The position numbers and the translations under genes are program-made. The notes under the pieces were generated by a model. That model was not told where the DNA came from, ran no database searches, and saw only the letters and a list, made by a program, of their open reading frames with translations. A DNA stretch of 64,000 bases from Eledone cirrhosa (Eukaryota): assembly GCA_964016885.1 (NCBI GenBank), contig OZ024741.1, forward strand, positions 232,934,001-232,998,000, written 5' to 3'. Below, piece after piece: positions 29,710 through 45,658 of this stretch (position 1 is its first letter; the number at the start of each line of letters is the position of its first letter).

Positions 29710-31251
29710 AATATACAGTACATAGTATAATTGAAGTACATAATATATGAAATAATATAAAAAATAAAATAAAAATGAATTATATTACGATTTGGAAATA
29801 TATTCTTACAATTATAAGCAATATAACTTTAAAGCAATATAATTTTTAAAAAATATTACAGAATACTTTAAGATATAATTTTAAAATAAAAATGTCTAAA
29901 AAATTCAGTATAAAAATTTAAATTTTTTATATAATATTTAACTCTCAGTATGTTTAACTTAATTTTTATAACTATATGGGAAATTTTCAAAGAAACAGAA
30001 AGAGAACCTTTCAAAAGAGAAACTTTCAAAAATAGGAGAAACTTTCAAAGAAAATATTTTCCCCTTTTAAGAGCTTTCAGTATGTTTTTCTAGAAAAATT
30101 TTCTAGGAAAATTTTTTTTTATATTTGAGAGTTTAAGCAGTCAAATGAAGGAATCTAATGATTTATCGATAGGTTCAATATATTAATAGAATTAATTATA
30201 TATTACATTTTAAATTTATATTTAAACGTTGAGTTCAATCTATGTCTGCAGCAACTGAAGTGATTGCTTCTTACATTCAGGGAATTTTTGCTTTTTAATA
30301 TAAAGAATATTTCCTCTATACAAAGATCACAATTTTCTGAAGAGGAGTTAAAAGGAGTAGCTTTTGAAATAATATTCCAAAGTAACGAATATTTAACGTT
30401 CTTTAATTTATTTGAGGTCCCATAATAAGCTAGATAGAGAAGTTGAAGATTTTTTGTTTAAATGCGTAAAAGAGCTTTTATGGTTATTAAAACGAGATTT
30501 AAAATGTGTGGAAGTAGATCCTACATAATTAAATGAATTTAAATTAGTTATTACATTACAATTATATACTATATTGTCAAGTCAGACAAAACCAATAATC
30601 TTTACGGAATACAAAAGGACATCTATAACGATCTTATATTAAAAGAATTAAGCAAGAAATACAAAATAACAACTAATGACGACCTTGAAAAATTGAATAC
30701 AGATGCCTCTTATATAATGCATAAAATAGGAACTGAAAATAGGACACAACCCTTCATGCCAAGGAAACCTAAAATTAATATGAAGGACCACAAAAGGAAC
30801 TTTGAAACTGAATTACCAGTCAGATTAATTGAACCATCTAAATGGCATACTTAACAAGAATATTTTAGACAGAATAATACCACAAATTAAGGAATTATCT
30901 TATTTAAAATTATGGAAAGGAACTAATGAAATTATCGAATGGTTTAAGGAAATTAAATATAATTATAATAATAAGTTTATTCAATTGGATATTGCTAATT
31001 ATTACTCATCCATCACTCCTAATCTACTTAACAAAGCACTAACATATGCATTTAAACATACAGACTTATAAGGGTTTTCTTAAGTTTCGTGATAAACAAA
31101 CTTATATAATAATAGTCACAACTACATAACAGATGGATTTATTAGATATAAAATTTATAAAATTTATTAAATAATATAAGGTTTGTATAATAACATAAGG
31201 TATGTATAATCTTAAATTTCCTTTGTTATCTTAACATTTATAACATTTAAT

Positions 31252-31428
31252 TGTTTCTACTTTAAGCACAAGGCCAGCAATTACCCAGTGCATTACTGGT
31301 ACTTTATTTTATCGACCCCGTAAGGATGAAAGGCAAAGTCAACCTCGGCGTGATTTGAACTCAGATCGTAAAGAGACGTAACTATGCCGGAAAGCATGGC
31401 GTCCGACCCTGCCAATCTAACTTATTTA
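31252..31428 (-). mobile_element. SINE insertion with 20-bp target-site duplication
   Basis: taacatttataacatttaat at 31232-31251 and 31429-31448; empty site in the mirror arm near 29340. Confidence 0.88.
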
Positions 31429-32310
31429 TAACATTTATAACATTTAATATAAGTAAATAACTTAATTTCCTTCACGCTGTTTTGCTATTACATAGAAATG
31501 ATTTTCTCCGGGTTTTTTCTCTGTTTTCTCCGAAAAATCTATAAGTTTAGGAAAATTCCTATACCTTATACATAAAATGTCCTTTATTATATCTATGTAT
31601 ATGTATGTTATATGAAGGTATATATATATATTTTTATGTATATATATATGTATGTGTGCGTATGTATATATATGAATATATTCTTTTAATATATAAATAT
31701 TTTAATAATATATAGATCTCAATTTTTAATGTTTAGATCTCAATAATTTAATGGATAATTTAATTGATAAACTAAACATTTAATCATATTTAAACACTGA
31801 TTAAAATTCCCTGTTATTATTTATTTATTTTCCATTCACGTTTATTTTCCATTCACGCTTATTTACTCTTCTTTACTCATCCAATAAATATTTATTTTTT
31901 TACTTCATCTTAAAAGTCACGCTAATACAACAGCCTATCACTTAGAGCTTCCTCTTTCTCTATCTCTTTCTCTTTTCTCTTTTCTTTTTTCTTCTCTTTC
32001 TCTTATTCTTGTTTTCTTGTTTTCCTGTTAGGGTTTTTTTTCTCTCTCTTTTCTCTTTTTTCTCTTTTTCTTTCTCTTTTTCTCTTTTTTCTTTTTTTTC
32101 TCTTTTTTGTCTTTTTTTACTTTCTTTTCTTTCCTTTTCTCCATACCCCAACGGCTTATTTTAAATCTACTGTGATTTTAAAATATCCGACACTAATTTG
32201 CATAATAGTATAAATAAATTTGTAAGCCCACTATCCGGGAGCTTCCAACAGAAATGGTCGCATTCTTTAAGGGTATGTCAATATTTATATATAAAACTGA
32301 TCTATATTAT

Positions 32311-32373
32311 ATTTTATCTGATGAAAGCACACCATTATTTAACTTGGTGTCCTTGAAATATGTATAATGAAAT
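32311..32373 (+). ncRNA. Hammerhead ribozyme (ATATGTAT stem III family)
   Basis: attttat-CTGATGA-aag.acacca...tggtgt.ctt-GAAA-tatgta-TA-atgaaat. Confidence 0.78.
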
Positions 32374-33294
32374 AAATATGGTTTTATAAATATAGTTTCT
32401 ATTTGTTAATATATCGTATTTTTACTCCAATAATTTGTTGAGAGCTTTATATCAGTTATAAAAATATTTGCTGGCTGTATCACAATAATTTAAATAGAAC
32501 TTCTACATATATATATATATTAATATATATATATATATTAATATATATATATATATATATTATATATTTATATATATATTATATATATATTATATATATC
32601 TTATATATTATATATAAATTATATATATATTATATATATATTATGTATATATATATATATTATACATATATATATATATATATTATATATATATTATATA
32701 TATATTATATATACATTATATATATTATATTATATATTATTATATATATATATTATATATTATATATATGTTATATATTATATATATATTATATATATAT
32801 TTATGTATTATATATTTATATTATATATATATATATTATATGTATATATTTTATATATATATATTATATACATATTATATATTATATATATATATTATAT
32901 ATATATAATATATATATTATATAATATATATATTATATATTATATATATAATATATATATATTTATATATTATATATATATTATATTTATATATATATAT
33001 ATTATATATTATGTATATTATATATATATATATATTATATACTATATATATATATTGTATATATATATAATATATATATTATATATTATATATATATTAT
33101 ATATATATATTATATATATATATTGTATATATATATTATATATATATATTATATATATATTATATATATATATTATATATATATATTATATATATATATT
33201 GTATATATATATTATATATATATATTATATATATATTATATATATATTATATATACATATTATATATGTTACATTATATTATATATATATATAT

Positions 33295-33329
<35 letters not shown>

Positions 33330-33461
33330 ATATATATATTATATATTATATATATATTATATATATATTAAGTATATATATTATATATATATATATATTA
33401 TATATTATATACATATATATTATATATATATTAGATATATATGTTAGATATATATATATAT

Positions 33462-33493
<32 letters not shown>

Positions 33494-33817
33494 ATATTTT
33501 ATATATAATATATGTATATTATATATATACATATAATATATATATCTTATATATATAATATATATATATTATATTATATATATATATATTATATATATGT
33601 TATATATATATTATATATATATTATATATATATATATATTATATATATATATATATTATATATATATATATATTATATATATATTACGTATATATATATA
33701 TTATATATATATATATTATATATATATATTATATATATATATATTATATATATATATTTTATATATATTATATATATATATAGATTATATATATATATAT
33801 ATTATATATATATATAT

Positions 33818-33849
<32 letters not shown>

Positions 33850-34151
33850 ATATTTTATATATATATATATTATATATATATATATTATATATATATTATA
33901 TATATATATATATATACATATATATATTATATATATATACATATTATATATATATATATACATATATATATTATATATATATACATATATATATATTTTA
34001 TATATATATATACATATATATATATTTTATATATATATATACATATATATATTATATATATATATACATATATATATTATATATATATATATACATATAT
34101 ATATTATATATATATATATATATATACATATATATTTTATATATATACATA

Positions 34152-34291
<140 letters not shown>

Positions 34292-34293
34292 CA

Positions 34294-34458
34294 TAATAGG
34301 AACCAGTAAGACCCCGACAGCTGAGCTCAAGCCGTCGAAAAAGCTTGAGCTCAGCTGTCGGGGTCTTACTGGTTCCTATTATCCACTCTACTACCTCAAG
34401 TATTGAGTACTTTGGTGCGTTATGGTCCACCTGGTTCCTTACCACATTTCCTTCGTTA
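34294..34458. mobile_element. Solo fold-back pLTR tail in (TA)n
   Basis: aataggaaccagtaagaccccgacagctgagctcaagc inverted around cgtcgaaaaa. Confidence 0.85.
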
Positions 34459-34497
34459 TATATATACATATATATTTTATATATATATATATACATA

Positions 34498-34554
<57 letters not shown>

Positions 34555-35004
34555 TATTTTATATATATATATATACATATATATATTTTATATATATACA
34601 TATATATATTATATATATATACATATATATATTTTTTATATATATATATATACATATATATATTATATATATATATACATATATATATTTTTTATATATA
34701 TATATATACATATATATATTATATATATATATACATATATATTTTATATATATATATATATACATATATACATTATATATATATACATATATACATTATA
34801 TATATATATACATATATACATTATATATATATATATACATATATACATTATATATATATATACATATATACATTATATATATATATATACATATATACAT
34901 TATATATATATATATACATATATACATTATATATATATATACATATATATATTATATATATATATCATATATATATTTTATTTATATATATATATACATA
35001 TATC

Positions 35005-35093
<89 letters not shown>

Positions 35094-35444
35094 TATATAA
35101 TATATATATATATACATATATATATAATATATATATATATACATATATATATAATATATATATATATACATATATATATAATATATATATATATACATAT
35201 ATATATAATATATATATATATATACATATATATATAATATATATATATATACATATATATATAATATATATATATATACATATATATATTATATATATAT
35301 ATACATATATATATTATATATATATATATATACATATATATATTATATATATATATATATACATATATATATTATATATATATATATATATACATATATA
35401 TATTATATATATATATATACATATATATATTATATATATATACA

Positions 35445-35488
<44 letters not shown>

Positions 35489-35530
35489 CATATATATATT
35501 TTATTATATATATTATATATAGATTATATA

Positions 35531-35618
<88 letters not shown>

Positions 35619-35664
35619 ATATAAATATAATATATATATTATATATATATATATAAATATAATA

Positions 35665-35702
<38 letters not shown>

Positions 35703-36029
35703 TATTATATATATATATATATGTAATATATATATTATATATATATATATAAATATAATATATATATTATATATATATATATATAAATATAATATATATA
35801 TTATATATATATATATATAAATATAATATATATATTATATATATATATATAAATATAATATATATATTATATATATATATATAAATATAATATATATATT
35901 ATATATATATATTATAGTAATAATAATAGATTTGAAGTCTAAAATCCAAAGAGGATCGATAAGAATAAATATATATCAAATATATAAGAACCGTAGAGCA
36001 AATACTTATTATATATATATATATTATAG

Positions 36030-36870
36030 ATATAAGTATGTATACGTACATACATATATGTATACAGACGTACAGTAGTATATATATATATATATATACA
36101 TACATGCACACATATATATATATATGTACGTATGGATTCACCAAACATTTATTATAATGCTCGGTGTGTTTGTAAACAAACATCCCGAATTAAGCCGTAG
36201 AGTGTCTAGCAACAATCGTTGCTCATTTGTTCAACACTGACAAAGGAACGCTGTACTAGTTTCAAGCTTATTAGCTATCGTCAGCAACGTATACCTTCCT
36301 GCCAGATGGTTGAACGTCTGAATGTATATACTTTCCTTAAGCATATTTACTTCAGAGCAGCCTAATTTGCATATCGAGTGAGTTAATCTGCCGGGGTACC
36401 GAAAACGATAAACGTACAAAATGAAACAAACTTTTTTTTCTCACTCTTAGTACGGCTGTTACTTAAGTATAAGTATGTATACGTACATACATATATGTAT
36501 ACAGACGTACAGTAGTATGTATATATATATACATACATGCACACATATATATATATGTACCTATGGATTCACCGAACATTTATTATAATGCTCGGTGTAT
36601 TTGTAAACAAACATTCCGAATTAAGCTGTACAATGTCTAGCAACCATCGTTGCTTATATATTCAACACTGACAAAGGAACGCTGTACTAGTTTCAAGCTT
36701 ATTAGCTATCGTCAGCAACGTATGCCTTCCTGCCACGTATACCACCGAGCATTATAATAAATGTTCGTTGAATCCATACGTACATATATGTGTGTGTGCA
36801 TGTATGTGTATATATATACATACTACTGTACGTCTGTATACATATATGTATGTACATATACATACTTATA
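36030..36870 (-). mobile_element. 431-bp tandem with hammerheads at 36249-36289 and 36680-36720, plus an inverted return arm
   Basis: Same family as 26585-27375 in opposite orientation; both ribozymes intact. Confidence 0.82.
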
Positions 36871-37543
36871 TATATATATATATTATATTAATAATAATAA
36901 ATTTGAAGACTAAATTCCAAAGAGGGCTCGATAAGGATAAATACATATCAAATATATAAGAACAGTAGAGCAAATATTTATTATATATATTATATATATA
37001 TGTTATATATATATTATATATATATATGTTATATATATATATATGTTATATATATATATTTTATATATATTATATATATATATATGTTATATATATATAT
37101 ACGTTATATATATATATTATATATATATATTATATATATATATATTATATATAAGTTATATATATATATATGTTATATATATATTATATATATATTATAA
37201 ATATATATTTTATATATATATTATATATATATTATATATTATATATTTTATATATATATATTATATTTATATTATATATATATATATTATATATATATTA
37301 TATATTATATATATATTATATATATATTATATATATTTTATATATGTTATATATATATATTATATATATATATTGTATATATATATCTATTATATATATA
37401 TATTATATATATATATTGTATATATATATATTATATATATATATATATATTATATATATATATTATATATATATATTATATATATTAAATATATCTATTA
37501 TATATTATATATATATTATATATATATATATTATATATTTATA

Positions 37544-37589
<46 letters not shown>

Positions 37590-38008
37590 ATATATATATT
37601 ATATATATATATATATTATATATATATATTATATATATATTATATATTATATATATATTATATATATATATTATATATATATATTATATATATTATATAC
37701 ATATATATATTATATATATATATATTATATATATATATATTATATATTATATATATATTATATATATATATTATATACATATATATATTATATATATATT
37801 ATATATATTATATACATATATATATTATATATTATATACATATATATATTATATACATATATATATATTATATATATATATATATATTATATACATATAT
37901 TATATATATATATATTATATACGTATATTATATATATATTATATATATATTATATATATATTATATATATATATATATATTACACATATATTATATACAT
38001 ATATTATA

Positions 38009-38057
<49 letters not shown>

Positions 38058-38346
38058 TATATATTTATATATTATAGTAATAATAATAAATTTGAAGACT
38101 AAATTCCAAAGAGGGCTCGATAAGGATAAATATATGTCAAATATATAAGAACCGTAGTGCAAATATTTATTATATATATATAGATATTATATAAATATGA
38201 TATATATATGTGTTATATATATATATTTTATATATATATGTTATATATATATATAATATGTATATATATATATTATATATATATATATGTTATTTATATA
38301 TATATATATTATATATATATTATATATGTATATTATATATGTATAT

Positions 38347-38377
<31 letters not shown>

Positions 38378-38539
38378 AATATATATATATATATTATTAT
38401 ACATTATATATATATTAATATAAATATATATATATATATATATGATATACATATATGTATATATATATATATATATATGTTATATATATATCATATATAT
38501 ATATTATATATATATTATATATATATATTATATATATAT

Positions 38540-38676
38540 ATATTTATTAAAATAACAGATTAAAGTTTAAGCAAAGAATCGCTGCTTTCACCCTTAACGG
38601 GATCTTCTGAAGATCCCGTTAAGGGTGAAAGCAGCGATTCTTTGCTTAAACTTTAATCTGTTATTTTAATAAATAT
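38540..38676. repeat. Perfect palindrome centred at 38608, inside a hammerhead core
   Basis: ...gggatcttc-t-gaagatccc...; 68-bp arms. Confidence 0.95.
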
Positions 38677-38827
38677 TTGCTCTACGGTTCTTATATATTT
38701 GATATATATTTTCCTTATCGAGCCCTCTTTGGATTTTAGTCTTCAATTTTATTATTATTACTATTATATATATATATATATATTATATATATATAAATGT
38801 TATATATATATATATATATATAAATAT

Positions 38828-38863
<36 letters not shown>

Positions 38864-38864
38864 A

Positions 38865-38905
<41 letters not shown>

Positions 38906-38928
38906 TATATATTTATATATATATATAT

Positions 38929-38959
<31 letters not shown>

Positions 38960-38969
38960 ATATATATAT

Positions 38970-39002
<33 letters not shown>

Positions 39003-39599
39003 ATATATATATATATATATAATATATATATATATATAATATATATATATAATATATATATAATATATATATATGATATATATATAATATATATATATAT
39101 TTATATATATATATATATTATATATATATATTTATTATATATTTATATACTATATATATATATATATTTATTATATATTTATATACTATATATATATATT
39201 TATTATATATATATATATATTATATATATATATTTATATATATATATATATTATATATATATATTTATTATATATTTATATACTATATATATATATATAT
39301 TTATTATATATTTATATACTATATATATATATTTATTATATATATATATATTATATATATATATATTATATATATATATATTATATATATTTATATTATA
39401 TATATATATATATGATATATATATATATTATATATATATTATATATATTTATATTATATATATATATATGATATATATATATATTATATATATATATATT
39501 ATATATATTTATATTATATATATATATGATATATATATATATATATTATATATATATATATTATATATATATTATATTAAAGATTTAAACAATATTCAA

Positions 39600-41334
39600 T
39601 CAGTACATCATAGAATGACTTTTACAGTAGATTGGAAGCACTCTACAGGAAAAATAATTTTCCAGGGTTATTAATATTAAAATACAAATATTAATAATAT
39701 AGATGTTCTTTTGAACAATTAAATTTTATTATACATATTTCAGAGGTACAACACTACGTCCTCATCACACAAAATATAATGATACATGACATACCCTGAG
39801 ATGTTAAATGGTTAAGATTTAATCAAGGTAGTGATTAACCTAAGAGAAAACTCAACATTTATACCCTAATAATGAGAGAATGCGAAAACGTAATAAATTC
39901 AATAGAGAATGTGTGAGGAAGAAACACCTTAGTTAATGTGCCAGCTATAGAGATTTTAAAATGTAGGGTACTACAAGTTATGGTTATCTAGGAAAACATC
40001 TCATGAATTATAACTGTCCATGAAGTCCGCTGAAAGAGTATTTAAAGAGAGGGAAAGATAAAGGGGAGTAATATATGAAGAAAGAGATTTTTTCCCAAAA
40101 GCTAAAGGGTTAAGTTTCAAAATATTTAATTTATGTTATTTTAAGGGTGAAGAAACAAGATTTTAGGTTTTTTTTAAAGTTGCTGGTTATTTATATTTAT
40201 TAATTTTATAAATTCTATAAGTGTGTTAACATTTCTAAACTTCTGAATTCTATGAGGATAAAATTTAAAGGATTTACCTGGCCAGCGAAAGGAAAATTTA
40301 CACTGTTGAATATTTTCCATAATGTAATCTTTAACGAAGATTACCTATAAAAATGTCAACATTTTCGGTATGTAAATCTTATGAAGTACTTATTGTTAGA
40401 AATATTTAAATAACGATTAGGTATATAGAGATATATTAATGAGCCAATATATTTTAGGTAAATGATAACGAATATAAAATAATAGATTCAAACATGCTAA
40501 AGTTAAAGATACATATATATAGAAGGGTGTAAATGCATGAATTATTCACAGTTCAAAATTACATAATAATCTAAAAATTTAGAAGTTATCTAAAAATTAT
40601 GTATAGAGAGATACTGAGAGGTATATATAGATATATATTAAGTATTAGTGATACAGTATACTTTAGGTAAATGATAACGATTATAATCTTATATAATAGA
40701 TTTCAACGTGTTACAGTTAAATACATACATATATATGAGAAAAATAATAATAAATGCATGGATAATTCAGAGTTCAAAATAAGGTCCGTAATAATTTAGA
40801 GGTTGGATATTTGCTCTATATTTGAATCATGAATATATTTGAAAAATAAGGTAGGTATATTTGAAAACTTACAAAAGATAAGTACATACATATTATAAAT
40901 AAAAAATGTAAACACATGAATGATTCACAGTTAAAAATAAGTTCCGTAAAAATATACGTGTTGGATATTTAAACTAAAATTTAAAACTTAGATAGGAAAA
41001 TAAAGATAGAGAAATAATGGTATGGATCAAAGTTAATAATATTATGTTATGTGTATCAAGGTGTCAGCGTCTTATTGAACAAGTGTCATTCATTCGAGCG
41101 CTATTTCTTCTATAGATAGTTATAAGATTAAGAATGTAGACGTAGCTTTATGAAGGCAACTAGAGTATAATTGACTTTTTTTGTTAATTAGGGTCTCATA
41201 GTTATAAATAATCTACAGGGTCTCCATTGTACAAAGCGCGCAGTTATTTGATATACTAGAGTTGCGGCAAACTCCACAATTCCGAAGTTTTGTCCAAAGA
41301 ATGGAGTATTTTAAATTCCTCTCTTTTAATAACC

Positions 41335-41335
<1 letters not shown>
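39600..41335 (-). mobile_element. Old Hydra-like PLE 3' fragment
   Basis: 41140-41335 reads YSILW..NCALCTME..LINKKSQL..SCLH; degenerate hammerhead (GTGATGA) at ~39723-39776. Confidence 0.65.
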
Positions 41336-41378
<43 letters not shown>

Positions 41379-41561
41379 AGTTATAATTTTTAATTAGTAT
41401 TTTTCAATCTAGCTAACTTGGTCATTTACAGTACAAACACTTATGTGTTTATCATATATTAATTTCTATTAACTTGTATTTCACGGCTCAGAAATGCTTC
41501 TTTCTTTGAGCTAATTAATTGTAAAGGACTGTTTGAGTTTATAACTCTAAATATAATATAG

Positions 41562-41639
<78 letters not shown>

Positions 41640-41640
41640 A

Positions 41641-41687
<47 letters not shown>

Positions 41688-42027
41688 TATATATGTAAAT
41701 TATATATATATATTATATATATATTAATACGTATATTATATATATATGAAGTAATTCCGTCGGAAAGGTTCAGGAAGAAAGAGTGCTCTATGTAGGTTAC
41801 AGAGCTTAATAGTTATCTAATAAACAACATGGTTTCTTGAAAGCAAACAAAATTTGCTTTCAATCATCAGAATGAAAAAATCCTGGTGTATTTATTGTCA
41901 GTGGATTTTTAAAAAAAAATATAATCTATATGAAAGTGAGGCTGGAAGAGGAAGAAGGAAAGGAAAAATAAACACACACGCACACACACACAGATATATA
42001 TACATACACACACATATATACATACAC

Positions 42028-42058
<31 letters not shown>

Positions 42059-42179
42059 CATACATACACATATATATACACGTACAAATACACATATATA
42101 TACATATACATACATACACACATATATATCCACATATCCAAACATACACATACACACATATACACAAACACACACACAC

Positions 42180-42218
<39 letters not shown>

Positions 42219-42713
42219 ATCATACATTTATACACACGTACATACACACACATACATACACACATATATACACGCATATATACGCACACACAAATATAGA
42301 TATATGTACACACACACCTACATATGCACACACACAATTAATTATAAGAAAAAATATAATAATAAAAATAAAAAACAATAGACGACGATATAGACCGTTA
42401 CATAAGAATAAAAATAAATGTAAAAATTATTATAAAGTTGACAGCGATACAGGAAACAAATAGATGAACAAATACACGTGGTAAGCAATACACACAGTTA
42501 CACATACACATACATACATATAAATAAATACATACACACACACATACACATACATATACATATACATATACATATACAGATACATATACATACACATATA
42601 TATACACATATATACATATACACACACACACATACATACATATACATACACACACATGTATGTGTGTAAAACTCCTTCTTAGATGTATTCATTGAACCTT
42701 GTTTAACTCTTAA

Positions 42714-42739
<26 letters not shown>

Positions 42740-42745
<6 letters not shown>

Positions 42746-44162
42746 AGATCAAAAGATGGTTAAAGGAGTTCCATATATTTTATTATGCGCATTTCAAAAA
42801 CAAACATCATCATGCAATAATATTTGTGTTTTCATCAGATAAAACAGGAGAACATGATATGAAGGCTAAAAAACACTTGTGGATAGTGCAGTTTTAAATC
42901 AACATATGAAAAGTGGTTTTAGATTGATGTGTGATATTGGGAAAAATATTTTATTTAGAGAGGGGGGGAAGGATGAAAAGGGAAGGAGATGAGAGGGAGA
43001 GATGGGTGATAGAGAGAAAGAGATAGTTTTTATAACTGAGAGGAGATATATTTTTTACATAGAGAGGTTGAAAACCGTTGGAAGATACTGTATAAATTAA
43101 AAATTTTGAAAATTAACGAAGGGAGGATATGTGCGAGGAAAAAATATTTTATTTAGGGAGGGGGGGTGGAAAGGATGAAAAAAAGGGGGAGGAGATGAGA
43201 GTGAAGGTGGAGAGGGAGAGATGGGTGATAGAGAGAAAGAGATAGTTTTTATAACTGAGAAACAGATATATTGTTTTAATATAGAGAGGTTGGGAACCGT
43301 TGGAAGATAATGTATAAATTAAAGGAATTTGAAAATTAACGAAGGGAAATTATGTATGAAGATAGAGTGAAAAAAATAATAATTGTGGGTGAATATTCTA
43401 ACGTCAAAAAAAGAAATGTATGTATTGTGGCAATTTCAAAATTAGCGAAGAGAAAAATTGTTAAGGTTTGTGTGTAGAAGGATTTGAGAAAAATAATGTG
43501 AAGTTAAAGTTTGTATATTGATTGAATTGATAATATATGCGAATAAAGAGTTAATATGTATTAATAATGAGTTCGTTGATGGGGAGAAAAAAATAATAAT
43601 AAATTAAGGATGAAATTGAGATTAAAAAGATTTATGATAGAGAGAAAAAATAATAATGATTGCGGATGAATATTCTAATGTCAAAACAAATGTTATGATT
43701 TTACAAGAAGATAGAATGAGGGTAATGAGTAAACGAGTATTTATTTTTTCTCTCTATCTTCATACATAATTTCCCTTCGTTAATTTTCAAATTCCTTTAA
43801 TTTATACATTATCTTCCAACGGTTCCCAACCTCTCTATATTAAAACAATATATCTTTTTCTCAGTTATAAAAACTATCTCTTTCTCTCTATCACCCATCT
43901 CTCCCTCTCATCTCCTTCCCTTTTCATCCTCCCCCCCCCCTCTCTAAATAAAATATTTTTCCCAATATCACACATCAATCTAAAACCACTTTTCATATGT
44001 TGATTTAAAACTGCACTATCCACAAGTGTTTTTTAGCCTTCATATCATGTTCTCCTGTTTTATCTGATGAAAACACAAATATTATTGCATGATGATGTTT
44101 GTTTTTGAAATGCGCATAATAAAATATATGGAACTCCTTTAACCATCTTTTGATCTTATATT
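42740..44162. mobile_element. Nested non-coding fold-back element
   Basis: 42740-43375 inverted against 43740-44162; hammerheads at 42777-42845 (-) and 44057-44125 (+), same family as 19620-19690. Confidence 0.85.
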
Positions 44163-44255
44163 ATGCATACTCCAGTCCCACAAACTGTAGAGTGCTTCTT
44201 ATCCGATATCTGCATTGCTTTATTGCTTTATTGTACTACAATAAAACTCACCTCC

Positions 44256-44319
<64 letters not shown>

Positions 44320-44753
44320 AAAATACATAGATATTATATATATATATAAAAATAAAAAGGTGAAAGGGGTAAACAAATATTTGGGAATACGACAAATAAT
44401 AAATAAATAAATAGATAAGGGTATAAATGTTTATAGCTGATTTAGAGCACTCAACATTTCCTGGAGCAAATAATCAATGAAAATAAGCATTAAATCACTC
44501 TGTATGTAATTATGCATATACATACACATATATATATATATATACACACACACACAACCATACAAATACACACATGTATACATACATATACATACATATA
44601 TATATATACATATGGGAAAAAGTATGGCCCCGACAGCAGAGCTCAAGCCGTTTCTGAGGCTATTATATATATAGACACATAAACATATATATAAAAAATA
44701 CACATATACACACACACACATATCTACAAAAGGTTACGGCGCCACCTTAATAA

Positions 44754-44846
<93 letters not shown>

Positions 44847-45254
44847 TATAAAATACAATTATATACACACATACATATACATACAGATATATATAATTAT
44901 ATATACATATACATATACATACATATATATATATACATAAATACACATATACACAACACATATATACATACAGAAATAAATATCTAAAAATGAAAAAGTT
45001 GGGTATGTAAAGGGTAAGGAAGAAAGTAGGGGGGAATAAGGAAGATAAATGACATAGGAAAAAGTTTAAATATAAGGGGAGATAAGGGAGAAAAAGAATA
45101 TAAGAGTACAGAAAGTGAGTTCAGAAAGTAATAAAAATCGTAGTGGATGTAAGGCGTAGAGAGCAAAGAAGTTCACGGTGGTTGAGTCATCGTAGGAATG
45201 TCAATGCAGTTATGTATGTATGTACATATATATATGTATATATATATGTGCATG

Positions 45255-45335
<81 letters not shown>

Positions 45336-45384
45336 GCGCGCGTGTGTGTTTTTAAATCCACTGTCAATAAATGCACCAGGATTT

Positions 45385-45445
45385 TTTCATTCTGATGATT
45401 GAAAGCAAATTTTGTTTGCTTTCAAGAAACCACTGGTAAATGAAA
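45385..45445 (+). ncRNA. Hammerhead ribozyme 220 nt upstream of the PLE start codon
   Basis: tttcatt-CTGATGA-ttgaaagcaaa/ttttg/tttgctttcaa-GAAA-ccactgg-TA-aatgaaa; mutated copies at 53360-53420 (+) and ~41830-41877 (-). Confidence 0.85.
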
Positions 45446-45658
45446 TAATTATCTCATGTTGTTTATTACATAACTATTAAGCTATGTAACCTACATAGAG
45501 CACTCTTTTTTCCTGGACCTTTCCGACGGAATTACTTCATTTACACAGCTCCAACCGGGATTGATTGAAACATATTCTATATTACATATATGATTGGCAC
45601 TTTCCAGCCCGATTAGTTGAGCCCTCTACAGTTTTCAGGAATTTAACCAACATACACC

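Larger units (their letters stand above)
28428..32460. mobile_element. Internally deleted Hydra-like PLE with ~1.1-kb inverted arms
   Basis: 28428-29520 inverted against 31068-32420; RT N-terminal fragment 30570-31070 (KSDKT, KDHK, PVRLI, FIQLDIANYYSSI); hammerheads at 28471-28533 (-) and 32311-32373 (+). Confidence 0.85.
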
